Origin: Euryarchaeota archaeon UBA605 | GTDB lineage: Archaea > Thermoplasmatota > Poseidoniia > Poseidoniales > Thalassarchaeaceae | Direction of reading: 5' to 3' | DNA length: 64,000 bases | Assembly (NCBI GenBank): GCA_002504905.1 | Contig: DATY01000029.1 | Span: forward strand, 78,306 to 142,305 | Shown here: positions 9,345 to 19,716 of the stretch, piece after piece | Numbering within the stretch: position 1 is the stretch's first letter | Layout: every line of letters begins with the position of its first letter | Made by a program: the position numbers and the translations under genes | Notes under the pieces: generated by a model | The model's input: only the letters and a program-made list of their open reading frames with translations | What the model was told of the DNA's origin: nothing | Databases searched by the model: none

Positions 9345-12300
9345 ATGCGAGGGTTCACTATGTCAAATCAATTAAACAAAGTTACTATTTGTTTGGTAAT
9401 GACATCTCTATTAGTGCTAATGCCTCATTCAGGATTATTATCAAATTATGGAGACTATAGTGATGAAATTAAAGAAAAAAGAATTAACTCATCTTCTTCT
9501 GATTCTGATTCGTTATGGGTAGATGGTGGGCAACCTTGGCCCCAGCCAGGTAGAACTTCTGGTAGAGAATCCACTCCGCCCAATCATGGACCTGATGGAG
9601 GAGCAGGATTGGGTGCTCCAGATAATATTACAGAATTACAGTCGATAGTAGACCCTGTAATCAACTGGCAATATAGCAATTATATTTATTCTACAGATGC
9701 GTTTGCTACTCCAATTGCTGACCTATCTGAATCAATTGTATCCGACGAAGATTCTGATGAAAGATGTGGAGGAGACTCATTATTCACTGTAATCATACAA
9801 ACAGAAGATGTTGGAGGAAGCTTGCATAGTTTCCTTAGAATAATAGAAGGAGAAGATGCAGATCTTGCCTGGGAAGTTGACCTAGGAGAAACTGATGAAA
9901 TTAAGGCATCTCCAGTAGTTGTAGATTTAGACTATGATGGGAAGCAAGAAATTCTTGTTTCCTTTGATTTAAGTGGAACATTCTATGTCAAAGGTTATTC
10001 TCCTGAATTAGTTTGTTCAGTAACCGGTTGGTCACCAGGAGGTAGTCATGTCACTGAATTATTGTGGACATACTCAGATTCTACGTTAATGATTGGAAGT
10101 ACTGATGGCCCTTACGTCAGTAATGCGTATGGCGGACACAAGCCTACTGCCCAGCCTCTACTTGCAGATCTAGACTTGGATGGAACAGCGGAATTAGTAC
10201 TTTCATTAATTGAGAAAAATTCTGAAGAACCAGTAATCTTAGCATTAGATATCACCGGGACTTCTGCAACCTCCATATGGGAGAAAACATTGGATAAAGG
10301 AACACATCCATCAGATCCAACATTTGTACAAACTGATGAAAATACTGCTTTCGTGATTTTAACTTCTGTTCAGAGTTCTACAAGTGCAATGTGGCTGTGG
10401 AAACTTGATGCAGCGGATGGTGACTCAAATTGGGATGGGAAATCATTGGAAAATCTAAATAATTTTGATTCCAATGTACCTCACATTAGGCTTCCAGGAC
10501 CTGTGATTGCAAATTTAGATTCTGATGACGCTATGGAGATGGTGGTTACAATACCATCTGATTTTGACGGTAGTAGTGCAGCATATGGTGCTGAATATTA
10601 CGGTATTGAAATTAGCGATGGTACAAAAATTTGGGATTTTGAGGCCTCAAACGGTTATGCGGATTCTGCACCTATAGTTATTGATACTGATGAAGACGGA
10701 GATCATGACAGAGTTTGTTGGATTACTTGGACTACTAACAGTTGGAACACGAATAGAGATGGTTTCGCAGGATGTCATGATGACACTGACGGAACCAATC
10801 CTCAAGAAGCATGGAGTAAAGAAATTCTTGAACCACAAGGAGCGCCGAATGACGGAATTGCAGTTTCTTCACCTATTTGGATGAATATAGATGACTCTGA
10901 CGAACCAGAATTAATTGTGCCATATGGTAGAGAATTAAGGGCTTATGATGGAGAATTAGGAACTATGGCTGGAATAAACTCTTTCTGGAGTGAACCAATT
11001 GCAATTAACCATAGACTTTGGGCATCACCATCATTAGCAGATATTGATGGAGATGCAACTTTAGATTTAATTCTTGGAGATACCGTCATTTCAAATCAAG
11101 TAGCTGATATAAGGCCTCAATTGGATGGAAGAAGCATAGAGTTCAGCCCAGTTGCTCCAGACCCAGGAGAAATGGTAACTATCACAGTATCTTTTGAAAA
11201 TTCAGGTACCGCAGAAACTGATGAGGATTCAGATGTTATCTTATATGCTGATAATCAGATCATAGCTCAAGAAAGATTTGGGAATATGCAACCTGTTGAT
11301 CCAACAGGTTCAGGTTCTCTATCTACATTTACTGTAGAATGGTCAGGAAATCTAGGTGAACATGAATTCAAACTAGTTTTAGACCCTTACAGGAACATTA
11401 CACAATCTAGATACGATAATGATATTCATATTACGACATTGAGCATAGTTAATCCATATAATGCTAGTTTTGAGATCCCCACTGAACCAACCGTTGTCAC
11501 ACCCGGTGAAAACTCACTATTTACTCCAAATATTCGTTCTACAGGTAGGTTAGCAGGAATATGGAGCCTATCCGTAGACGACACAAATCTACCGGAAGGA
11601 TGGACGTGGAGCGATGAAACTACTGATGGCTTAGATTCAATTCAGATAGGAGTTGGGCAAATATGGAGTCCGAATCTGAGAATATTTGCACCGAGTGATG
11701 CATTAGGTTCTGACTCGGGTTACTTGACCCTAACATTAACTTTAGATGACGATAACAATGTTTCAATCTCTGCACTAGCAGCGGTGGAAGCAAATAGAAC
11801 TAGAGGTCTCTCAATTAGAGGGCCCGATGGGACTGCAAATACTCATGGATATGGTCTAACTGGAGAATACGCAGAGGCATGGATACTAATTCATAATTTA
11901 GGAAATGCATTGGAAAATCAAATTATTATGTCTTGGGATACAACTTCATGGGGTAATGATCTGAAATTATATGATTTAGAAGGAAATCAAATTCCTGCTC
12001 TAACTCTAGAACCAGATGAGATAATTTATGTCACTGCAAGACTGGATGTACCTAGTAATGCAAATTTGGGAGATTCAGTTAGTACACCTCTAGAAATGTG
12101 TGTTAGCGAGAATATATGTCAAACAATCGATATCTCATTCACCGCTACTGGCGTGACCACAGATGTACATCAGAGAACCGTTCCCGGCAGGACATTGTCA
12201 TGGGATATTTCAGCAGACATGCCTGTTGGGGAGAATCAACTTGAATGGTCTATGAATGATGCAGGATTAGTGATTCCAGGATGGTCTTGGAGTACGACCG

Positions 12301-15008
12301 GCGATTTAGAAATAGTTGATGAATTACTAATTCTTACTAGATCAGGGTCATCAAGAGTCTATGGAACAATAATATTGAATTTACCTAATGATGCTCCTCC
12401 ATCATACCATACATTCATTGAACAAAGTAGTCAATCAACAGATCATATCTTACAATTCTCACTCGAAGTATTACAAATTTATCGAGCTGATTTGACAATT
12501 ACTTCTCCAATAGAACAACCATATGAAGTTGAAGTTGAGGAAGATGTTCTAGTTATGATAAAGTTAGAGAATCCAGGAAATGGATTCGATACTTTCATAT
12601 TAAGTTCAGAACTAGTTACAAACCTCAATAATGAGGAAGAATTTGAAGTAACAGTTTCATTTACTAGCAGTACAGTGTCGTTGGGTCCTGGAAGTCTTCA
12701 AACAATCCCAGTAATAGTTAGCCTACCAGAGAATACTCCGGCAAATACAGAAATCGAAATTCTGATTATCATGACATCTCAGGGAAATCAAAGTGTAGAA
12801 GATTCGGAAATTATTTCACTCTCAGCGAAACAAGACCATAGGTGGGAGATAAATGGGGAGTACCTAGGGATTAATCTCAGAAATAGCACTATAATAACAT
12901 CTCCAGGAGAGTTAGGAGAAGTGATCTTGAATGCTAAGAATATTGGAAATCTAGAAGACGATATTTCTCTTGAAACATCAATCAATATCATATATTCAGG
13001 TTCTGATGATTCACGAGGATGGAATGCTTCTGGGACGGCAATTCAAGGTGTTGGAGTTAATGAAACTGGAAATCCTTCTGTATCTTGGTCGGTGCCTAAT
13101 GGTGCTTGGAATGGAACAATAATGCAAATTACGGTAAATGCTAACGCTAGAGGAGAGATTGTAGATACAATAATCTTCGATGTAGAAGTACCTCATATCA
13201 AGGAATGGAGGGCGATTTCAAGTCAAGTTGATTTAGAAATTGATCCAGGGGGTTCATCAATTGATATCGAGATAATGCAATTGGGCAATTCGCCATCAAA
13301 TGCATATTCAAATGTATATGTGAATGGTTCAAATGACTGGATAGTTGAGACACCAGAAGAATTGCCAGTTTTATCTCCGGGAGAAAGTGCATTCATGACA
13401 TTGAATATCACACCCCCAGAAAATGCCCAACATGGTAAAACTGTTGAGCTACATATCAGACTTAGAGAAGGCAACTCGTTATCTGAAACTATAGTTCCGT
13501 TAAGAGTTGCTGTAATTCACCAATTTGATTTATCAGGTCAAGGACCATGGGTTGTTTCAGAACATGGAGGTTTTCCTCATGCAACATTACTCAATGAAGG
13601 AAATGCTCCAACTACTATTACAATTAATGTTAGAAGTTTACCATCTGGATGGGAAGTAACAGGTGAAACAACTACTGTATTAGCAGTTGGAGAACTAAAA
13701 GGACTTCCTATTGAATTGATACCAGATTCAAATTGGGATGGAAGTACGTACACAATAAAAATAGAAGCTATTGATGATTTAGGCAATGTTGATGAAATAT
13801 TACTAGATACTGTAAAACAAAATTATTCTTGGGCAATGTCCCCCATTATTACAATGATTAGTGGCGATAATACTCTGTTAAAGATTCATGGAACAGATTC
13901 TGAATCTTCTGTTATTGATGGAAGTCAAGGATTACTGAACTGGGAGGGCAGTGGTGGTTGGTTATGGTTAGCCTCTCAGTCTGTCCAAGATGGAGAAATA
14001 ACCATTGATTCAAATGAAGGATTAGTTTATTCTTCTTACATTTCTGAGGAGGTTAGCAGAGAAGGTAATTGTTTCTTATTAGGACAACAGGGCGACATTA
14101 CTGCATATTGTAGTATTTTCAATGGAACTGGAAATTTTGACTACACCTTGATGTTAATTGATGATAATGGAAAACTTCTAGACTCTTACTCAAATACATT
14201 GGAGCATAACGCTTCTCTAGAAAGATTGAATCTAACTGCTACTAATTGGAATCCAGAACCAGGAAAAAGAAGTCTGATTTTGAGGGCTCTGGACTCCAGA
14301 GGCATAGAGTTCATTAGTACAGAAAAAGAATTTGAAATCCGGAGAAGTGATTGGAATATAGGCCTAACAGGAATTGAACTGGTAGGGACTGGAAGTAATC
14401 AGCAAGTTCAAATCACAACTATTAGAGAAAATCAAAATCTTCTTACTAACGCAGATTGCTTACTTGAAGTAAGAATACCCTCACAAGGATATAATGAAAA
14501 ACATATTATGGACCCCTCGGCTGTCTATTTCTTACCTAAAATAGATCGTCCGAATAATATTCCTGATGGAGATGAATTGATAGTACAATTTAGTTGTGCA
14601 TTCCCATGGGATATTGAATCAGACTCAACAGATAATGAACAGAGAATAATTTTGACAGAAGGATCGGATGAAAATGATGGAATCGAAGATTTAGAGACAG
14701 GGATAGCAGCAGCAGCTTTGGTAATCGGAGTTTCTATAGCATTAGCTTGGTTAGTGAAAAATCATAGGGAAAGAAAAGAAATGATGGAAATGACTGAGAA
14801 AGCAATAAAACAGCATTTATCAAATAAGAAGAATACAATAAGTAACGTAGCAGAGCAGAAAGAGAAAACGGATCAAGAGGCTGTCGATATTATTGAGAAT
14901 GTGACTGAAGAAATAATGGAAACAGTCGAAAATAAAGAAGAAAAAATAGAAGATGAAGAAGAATTAGATGAATTCGAACTCAGACTGAGAAGACTGGGTA
15001 AGTTGTAA
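9345..15008 (+). CDS. Large cell-surface protein: FG-GAP-like propeller, CARDB and repeated Ig-like/NEW3 domains, C-terminal TM anchor and acidic tail
   Basis: Signal peptide; repeated DLDxDG motifs; VSFENSG...LDPYRNITQSRYDND CARDB-like segment; repeated NxGN and LPxGW motifs; TM near C-terminus. Confidence 0.85.
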   Translation: MRGFTMSNQLNKVTICLVMTSLLVLMPHSGLLSNYGDYSDEIKEKRINSSSSDSDSLWVDGGQPWPQPGRTSGRESTPPNHGPDGGAGLGAPDNITELQSIVDPVINWQYSNYIYSTDAFATPIADLSESIVSDEDSDERCGGDSLFTVIIQTEDVGGSLHSFLRIIEGEDADLAWEVDLGETDEIKASPVVVDLDYDGKQEILVSFDLSGTFYVKGYSPELVCSVTGWSPGGSHVTELLWTYSDSTLMIGSTDGPYVSNAYGGHKPTAQPLLADLDLDGTAELVLSLIEKNSEEPVILALDITGTSATSIWEKTLDKGTHPSDPTFVQTDENTAFVILTSVQSSTSAMWLWKLDAADGDSNWDGKSLENLNNFDSNVPHIRLPGPVIANLDSDDAMEMVVTIPSDFDGSSAAYGAEYYGIEISDGTKIWDFEASNGYADSAPIVIDTDEDGDHDRVCWITWTTNSWNTNRDGFAGCHDDTDGTNPQEAWSKEILEPQGAPNDGIAVSSPIWMNIDDSDEPELIVPYGRELRAYDGELGTMAGINSFWSEPIAINHRLWASPSLADIDGDATLDLILGDTVISNQVADIRPQLDGRSIEFSPVAPDPGEMVTITVSFENSGTAETDEDSDVILYADNQIIAQERFGNMQPVDPTGSGSLSTFTVEWSGNLGEHEFKLVLDPYRNITQSRYDNDIHITTLSIVNPYNASFEIPTEPTVVTPGENSLFTPNIRSTGRLAGIWSLSVDDTNLPEGWTWSDETTDGLDSIQIGVGQIWSPNLRIFAPSDALGSDSGYLTLTLTLDDDNNVSISALAAVEANRTRGLSIRGPDGTANTHGYGLTGEYAEAWILIHNLGNALENQIIMSWDTTSWGNDLKLYDLEGNQIPALTLEPDEIIYVTARLDVPSNANLGDSVSTPLEMCVSENICQTIDISFTATGVTTDVHQRTVPGRTLSWDISADMPVGENQLEWSMNDAGLVIPGWSWSTTGDLEIVDELLILTRSGSSRVYGTIILNLPNDAPPSYHTFIEQSSQSTDHILQFSLEVLQIYRADLTITSPIEQPYEVEVEEDVLVMIKLENPGNGFDTFILSSELVTNLNNEEEFEVTVSFTSSTVSLGPGSLQTIPVIVSLPENTPANTEIEILIIMTSQGNQSVEDSEIISLSAKQDHRWEINGEYLGINLRNSTIITSPGELGEVILNAKNIGNLEDDISLETSINIIYSGSDDSRGWNASGTAIQGVGVNETGNPSVSWSVPNGAWNGTIMQITVNANARGEIVDTIIFDVEVPHIKEWRAISSQVDLEIDPGGSSIDIEIMQLGNSPSNAYSNVYVNGSNDWIVETPEELPVLSPGESAFMTLNITPPENAQHGKTVELHIRLREGNSLSETIVPLRVAVIHQFDLSGQGPWVVSEHGGFPHATLLNEGNAPTTITINVRSLPSGWEVTGETTTVLAVGELKGLPIELIPDSNWDGSTYTIKIEAIDDLGNVDEILLDTVKQNYSWAMSPIITMISGDNTLLKIHGTDSESSVIDGSQGLLNWEGSGGWLWLASQSVQDGEITIDSNEGLVYSSYISEEVSREGNCFLLGQQGDITAYCSIFNGTGNFDYTLMLIDDNGKLLDSYSNTLEHNASLERLNLTATNWNPEPGKRSLILRALDSRGIEFISTEKEFEIRRSDWNIGLTGIELVGTGSNQQVQITTIRENQNLLTNADCLLEVRIPSQGYNEKHIMDPSAVYFLPKIDRPNNIPDGDELIVQFSCAFPWDIESDSTDNEQRIILTEGSDENDGIEDLETGIAAAALVIGVSIALAWLVKNHRERKEMMEMTEKAIKQHLSNKKNTISNVAEQKEKTDQEAVDIIENVTEEIMETVENKEEKIEDEEELDEFELRLRRLGKL

Positions 15009-15026
15009 AAAATTGGGGTTTTAAAA

Positions 15027-15653
15027 ATGGGCGAATATATACCACCATCGGCTTTTTATACATTTGATCCGATTAGATATGATCCAATTTTGTTAATAGA
15101 ACCAATCCTATCATCTATAGGTGGAGATCATAAAGAAATTAAGAAAATAGTTCAATATTCTAATGAAATAAAAAATCTGATTGAGGGGAAAGAATCACCA
15201 TATGATCATTCTACAATGTTATTCCTAACTGCAATAGATTGGAAGGAGGGAGGAGGAACTCCGGAGCCCCTAGATAACGGAATTGCAAGAGATAGAATTG
15301 GTAGATTCCCCAGCGATACCGGAAATGCGATAGAATACATTCTTGAATTTACTAAAGAGAAAGAAGGAGAATTCTTTTTTCATGAATTACTGATAAAATT
15401 GACTAATGGATTATCTCCTGAAAATCTCGGAGAAGAAGGATTTGATAGAGGATTTGCCGGCATGGAACTTCTAGGATGGATAAATCATGAAGAAGTGGGA
15501 CTACTATTACGTTCAATGCAAAGTGGTAAATGGATTATTAAATCTAAGGAAACAATTGACGGAGGTGTTAGAGACTCACTGCGTCACTTACAGACATTAC
15601 TAAAGGCTGCAAATAGAAGGAAGTGCGGTATTTTAATGCGTAGACATCATTAA
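15027..15653 (+). CDS. Hypothetical protein
   Basis: 208-aa ORF immediately downstream of the surface protein gene; GGGG SD-like element. Confidence 0.7.
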   Translation: MGEYIPPSAFYTFDPIRYDPILLIEPILSSIGGDHKEIKKIVQYSNEIKNLIEGKESPYDHSTMLFLTAIDWKEGGGTPEPLDNGIARDRIGRFPSDTGNAIEYILEFTKEKEGEFFFHELLIKLTNGLSPENLGEEGFDRGFAGMELLGWINHEEVGLLLRSMQSGKWIIKSKETIDGGVRDSLRHLQTLLKAANRRKCGILMRRHH

Positions 15654-16565
15654 TCAGAATTGATTTCCAGTTAATCTCGTATACATATCTGAATACAAAT
15701 CTGCTGTCTTGTCAATTATCTCTTGAGGTAAAGCAGGTATTGGTGGTTCTTCCGTACCTTCTTCTCTAGCTTTATACAATTCATTATGATGCCCTGTAGA
15801 AAGATAATGTCCTCGTACAAACTCTTTCGAAAGTTGAACTATTTCTCCTTCCTTATATTTCTCAGCGTCCCACCATCGATCTTCATCTAAAGTTCCGAAG
15901 GAGTCTACCAGTACAGGGACACGATTGACCCCTAATGCAAATTCTTTTTTGCCATCAACATGAATCAATCCTCTTTTACCAGCTTCTGTTTCAATAATTT
16001 TATCGACTTGAACCACAATTGAAAGTATCGAATCGAACTCCTCATCTGTCAAATTAGAAATTTCTAAGGCTTCTTTCCTATCTAACAGTCTATCAAACTT
16101 CTCAAACTTGGTTGAAACCTCCAGATAAGGTTCGGGCAATTTGATTCCTTCATACAGAGCTGTACCTGGCTCAAAACCAAACTCTTCAGCAGAAGCATCT
16201 CCTCTTTCATATCTTCTCCAACCAGAGCCGGCAAGATAATGTCTGCAAATTACTTCAAGAGGGACGAATACATTTTCTTGATTTTTTGAGATTGCCCCAG
16301 GCTCTCTAATCACGTCAAAACGACGAGCTCTAACACGATCAGGAGCATTCATTTCAATTACATGTGTATCGCATATACCCGCCTTCTCAACTAATTCGAA
16401 CCAGTAACAAGAAGTTCTATTCAATGATTCACCTTTCCTAGGAATTAAACTTGGTATTATTTGATCGAAAACACTAATTTGATCAGTGTATCGAAATTCA
16501 ATGATATCCGGATCCTCAGTACTCCATACTTGCTTTACTTTGCCATGATACAACATCTCTACCAT
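15654..16565 (-). CDS. purC: SAICAR synthetase
   Basis: YHGKVKQV, TDQISVFD, IPRKG, PLEVICRHYLAGS, VDGKKEF, DEDRWW, LSKEFVR. Confidence 0.93.
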   Translation of the reverse strand: MVEMLYHGKVKQVWSTEDPDIIEFRYTDQISVFDQIIPSLIPRKGESLNRTSCYWFELVEKAGICDTHVIEMNAPDRVRARRFDVIREPGAISKNQENVFVPLEVICRHYLAGSGWRRYERGDASAEEFGFEPGTALYEGIKLPEPYLEVSTKFEKFDRLLDRKEALEISNLTDEEFDSILSIVVQVDKIIETEAGKRGLIHVDGKKEFALGVNRVPVLVDSFGTLDEDRWWDAEKYKEGEIVQLSKEFVRGHYLSTGHHNELYKAREEGTEEPPIPALPQEIIDKTADLYSDMYTRLTGNQF

Positions 16566-16625
16566 GCCTCTGTTCGGTAGCATTAACCCAATGAATATTA
16601 CTAATGAATAATCAGAAAAAAAAAA

Positions 16626-17501
16626 CTATCTAAACATAGATTCAGTAGCCTTAATTGTATTTGTCATAAGCATTGCAATGGTCATTGGACCTACTCCTCC
16701 AGGCACTGGAGTAATGTGACCTGCAACATTAAAAGCGCCTGAATCTACATCACCAGCTAATCTATATCCACTTTTCCTAGAAGAATCTTGTATACGATTA
16801 ATTCCTACATCTATTACAGTAGCACCTGGCTTTATCCAATCAGACTTTACAAACTCAGGCCTACCTATTGCAGCAACTACCAAATCTGCCTCTCTACAGA
16901 TATCAGGAAGATTTTTTGTTCTTGAATGAGCGATTGTTACTGTTGCATCGATTCCTCTTTGGGCGAGAAGAATTGACATTGGCATACCTACGATTCTGGA
17001 TCGACCAATGACCAGAGCATTTTTTCCAGATAAATCAATATTTGAAAGTTCCAAAATCTTCATTATTCCAGCAGGAGTACATGGTAAAAGACCCGAAGAG
17101 TCACCTTGAACTAATCTACCTAGATTCATCTTATGAAATCCATCTACATCTTTTTCAGGTAAAATTGCATCTGTAATCATTGATTCATTAATTCCTTCCG
17201 GAAGAGGACTTTGAACCAAGATTCCATGCACTGAATTATCAGAATTGAGCTTATGAATTATAGCTAAAATTTCTTCCTCTGATATTTCACCATCTAAGTC
17301 AATTCTAGTACTTTTGATACCACATCTTTCACAAGCCATCTCTTTGTTCCTAACATAAACATGGCTGGCTGGATCATCCCCAACAATAACTACTGCTAAA
17401 TGAGGAAATATATCCCTACTTTGAAGATTAATTATTTGATTATGGAGTTGTTCTTCTATCATACGGCCTATTTTTTTTCCGTCTAAAACCGTCGCGGACA
17501 T
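16626..17501 (-). CDS. folD: Bifunctional methylenetetrahydrofolate dehydrogenase/cyclohydrolase
   Basis: YVRNK, HGILVQSPLP, KDVDG, PCTP, IGRSRIVG, DVGINR, TPVPGGVGPMT; start reassigned to MSATVLDG because the longer ORF overlaps a tRNA. Confidence 0.96.
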   Translation of the reverse strand: MSATVLDGKKIGRMIEEQLHNQIINLQSRDIFPHLAVVIVGDDPASHVYVRNKEMACERCGIKSTRIDLDGEISEEEILAIIHKLNSDNSVHGILVQSPLPEGINESMITDAILPEKDVDGFHKMNLGRLVQGDSSGLLPCTPAGIMKILELSNIDLSGKNALVIGRSRIVGMPMSILLAQRGIDATVTIAHSRTKNLPDICREADLVVAAIGRPEFVKSDWIKPGATVIDVGINRIQDSSRKSGYRLAGDVDSGAFNVAGHITPVPGGVGPMTIAMLMTNTIKATESMFR

Positions 17502-17569
17502 AATCGATTCGGAAGGCTCTATACTCTTCACGTTGACGGAAGAGAATCTTGCAGATGATGGATTGTTAT

Positions 17570-17646
<77 letters not shown>

Positions 17647-17740
17647 TTGAATCGCCGAGGACGTTTAACATTTGAACCCTACACCTTGTAATCATGAAAT
17701 TATCCGGTGAATTGATGGGTAAAACCATCTACGCCAATAC

Positions 17741-18163
17741 ATGGAAAGAGAAGGGGGTGATTATCCTCAACGGAGCTACATGAAATTAAATATCGTAATT
17801 TCTGGATGGTTGTGCATTTTACTTGGAAGTTTACTATTATTTTCCTCAGGAGAATCCTCACTCATTCTATCTATTGCAGCACCAATTTCTGTATTGGGAC
17901 TAGTTCTACTAATTCTTGGTTTAATGTACAAGGATGAAAATAGTGTTAATAGTGAAGAAATTTTATCATGGGAACCTGATAAAACTCAAATGCCTGAATC
18001 TGGGAGAGTGATGTACAGAATAGATACTACGCTAATTGAACCTATTAGAACTTCAATATTATGTGGGAAATGTGGTAACATCTATTGGGAAGAGGGGGTT
18101 AAACCGAAGAGTTTTGATTGCCCAGATTGTCTAATCACACTTTGGTATGAAGAAGAAGAATGA
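17741..18163 (+). CDS. Two-TM membrane protein with C-terminal zinc ribbon
   Basis: Two hydrophobic helices followed by CGKC...CPDC. Confidence 0.7.
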   Translation: MEREGGDYPQRSYMKLNIVISGWLCILLGSLLLFSSGESSLILSIAAPISVLGLVLLILGLMYKDENSVNSEEILSWEPDKTQMPESGRVMYRIDTTLIEPIRTSILCGKCGNIYWEEGVKPKSFDCPDCLITLWYEEEE

Positions 18164-18222
18164 TTACTACTTTAAGCAACCATCAAGAGTAATCACTCTT
18201 TCGATGTTTAAGGAGGGGACCT

Positions 18223-19716
18223 ATGACACTAGGAAATAATGAGAAAAAAATGCTACGTTGTATGCGTTCTAAAGAAAATCATATTTGGACTCTTGAAGAG
18301 ATATTAGAAATCACAAAATGGAAAGATCAAGTTCACGTTGCTGGTGCTGGAAAATCACTAGATGAACACGAATTTGTAGAAACTACTGAGAGACATTTGA
18401 AATTTATTACTCTGGGTTCAGAAGGACTTAATGCCTTGGAAAATGAGTTACTTGAGAAAAGAATTTGGGAGTGGATACTTTCACAAAAAGAAAAAAATAG
18501 GACAATGAATGAATTATTCAAAGCAGGTTTTGAGAGACATGAAGCTGGGCCCGGGATAGGACTGTTGAAATCAATAGGGGTATCTATTGAAAAAGGAATT
18601 TTTACTTTTGTTAACGAAGAAGAAATTACAATAAAAATTTCTGAACGGGTTGATTTTATTAAAAAAATATCTATGGGAAAATTAGATTACAATGATTTAG
18701 ATAAAGGATTAATTGAACATTTTTCTGGCAGAAAGAATTTGATTAATATCGAAGAAAATATTTTAAGAGAATGGAAACTTACCGAAAAAGGGATTAATAT
18801 TTCTGAAAATGAGTTAGAAGAAGTTCAACTAATTGGAGAGATTACCCCAGAATTTTTACAAAATGAAGGTTGGAAAAACGCATCATACAAAGAATTTGAT
18901 ATCAATGCAGAAACTCCCATTCCTGTCGGAGGAAGACCACATCCAATGCAATCTCTAATTGAAAGGATAAGGTCGGTTTTCTTAGAGATGGGTTTCTCAG
19001 AAATAGAAGGAAATTATGTTCAATCAGCAGGTTGGAATATGGATGCTCTTTTTATTCCTCAATCACATCCAGCAAGAACTATGCAAGATACTTTCTATCT
19101 TGATGAGCCAGAAAAAATAGATATTCCTGAGGAAATGTTAGAATTATGGGCATCAGTTCATGAAAATGGGCACGATACTGGAAGTTTAGGTTGGGGTTCA
19201 AAATTTGATAAAGAAGAGGCGAAAAAAGGACTATTAAGAACTCATACAACTGTTAATACTGTGAAATATATCGCGGAAAATCCAGTGAGCCCCTCACGTG
19301 TATTTGGAATTGGAAGAGTATTCAGGCAAGAAACAATCGACAGAACGCATTTACCCGAATTTCATCAAATCGAAGGAATAATTCATGAGCCGAATGCGAG
19401 TCTACCAATGTTAATCTCAACTTTGAAAACATTCTATTCAAAAATGGGCTATCCTAATGTAAGAGTTAGGCCAGCATATTTCCCATACACTGAACCAAGT
19501 GTGGAAGTAGAGGTATATTGGAGAGGTAAATGGTTAGAATTGGGTGGTGCTGGAATTTTTAGACCAGAAGTAACAGAACCTCTTGGTAGCGAATGGCCTG
19601 TTTGCGCCTGGGGAATGGGCCTGGAAAGGTTAGCTATGCTAGTTCTGGAGTTAGACGATATTCGTGAACTTTACCAACCCGACTTAGAGCGATTAAGTCG
19701 AATGCCAATTCTTTGA
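18223..19716 (+). CDS. pheS: Phenylalanyl-tRNA synthetase alpha subunit (long archaeal form)
   Basis: WNMDALFIPQSHPARTMQDTF, LRTHTT, FRQETIDRTHLPEFHQ, YFPYTEPS, ELGGAGIFRPE, WGMGLERLAM. Confidence 0.97.
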   Translation: MTLGNNEKKMLRCMRSKENHIWTLEEILEITKWKDQVHVAGAGKSLDEHEFVETTERHLKFITLGSEGLNALENELLEKRIWEWILSQKEKNRTMNELFKAGFERHEAGPGIGLLKSIGVSIEKGIFTFVNEEEITIKISERVDFIKKISMGKLDYNDLDKGLIEHFSGRKNLINIEENILREWKLTEKGINISENELEEVQLIGEITPEFLQNEGWKNASYKEFDINAETPIPVGGRPHPMQSLIERIRSVFLEMGFSEIEGNYVQSAGWNMDALFIPQSHPARTMQDTFYLDEPEKIDIPEEMLELWASVHENGHDTGSLGWGSKFDKEEAKKGLLRTHTTVNTVKYIAENPVSPSRVFGIGRVFRQETIDRTHLPEFHQIEGIIHEPNASLPMLISTLKTFYSKMGYPNVRVRPAYFPYTEPSVEVEVYWRGKWLELGGAGIFRPEVTEPLGSEWPVCAWGMGLERLAMLVLELDDIRELYQPDLERLSRMPIL

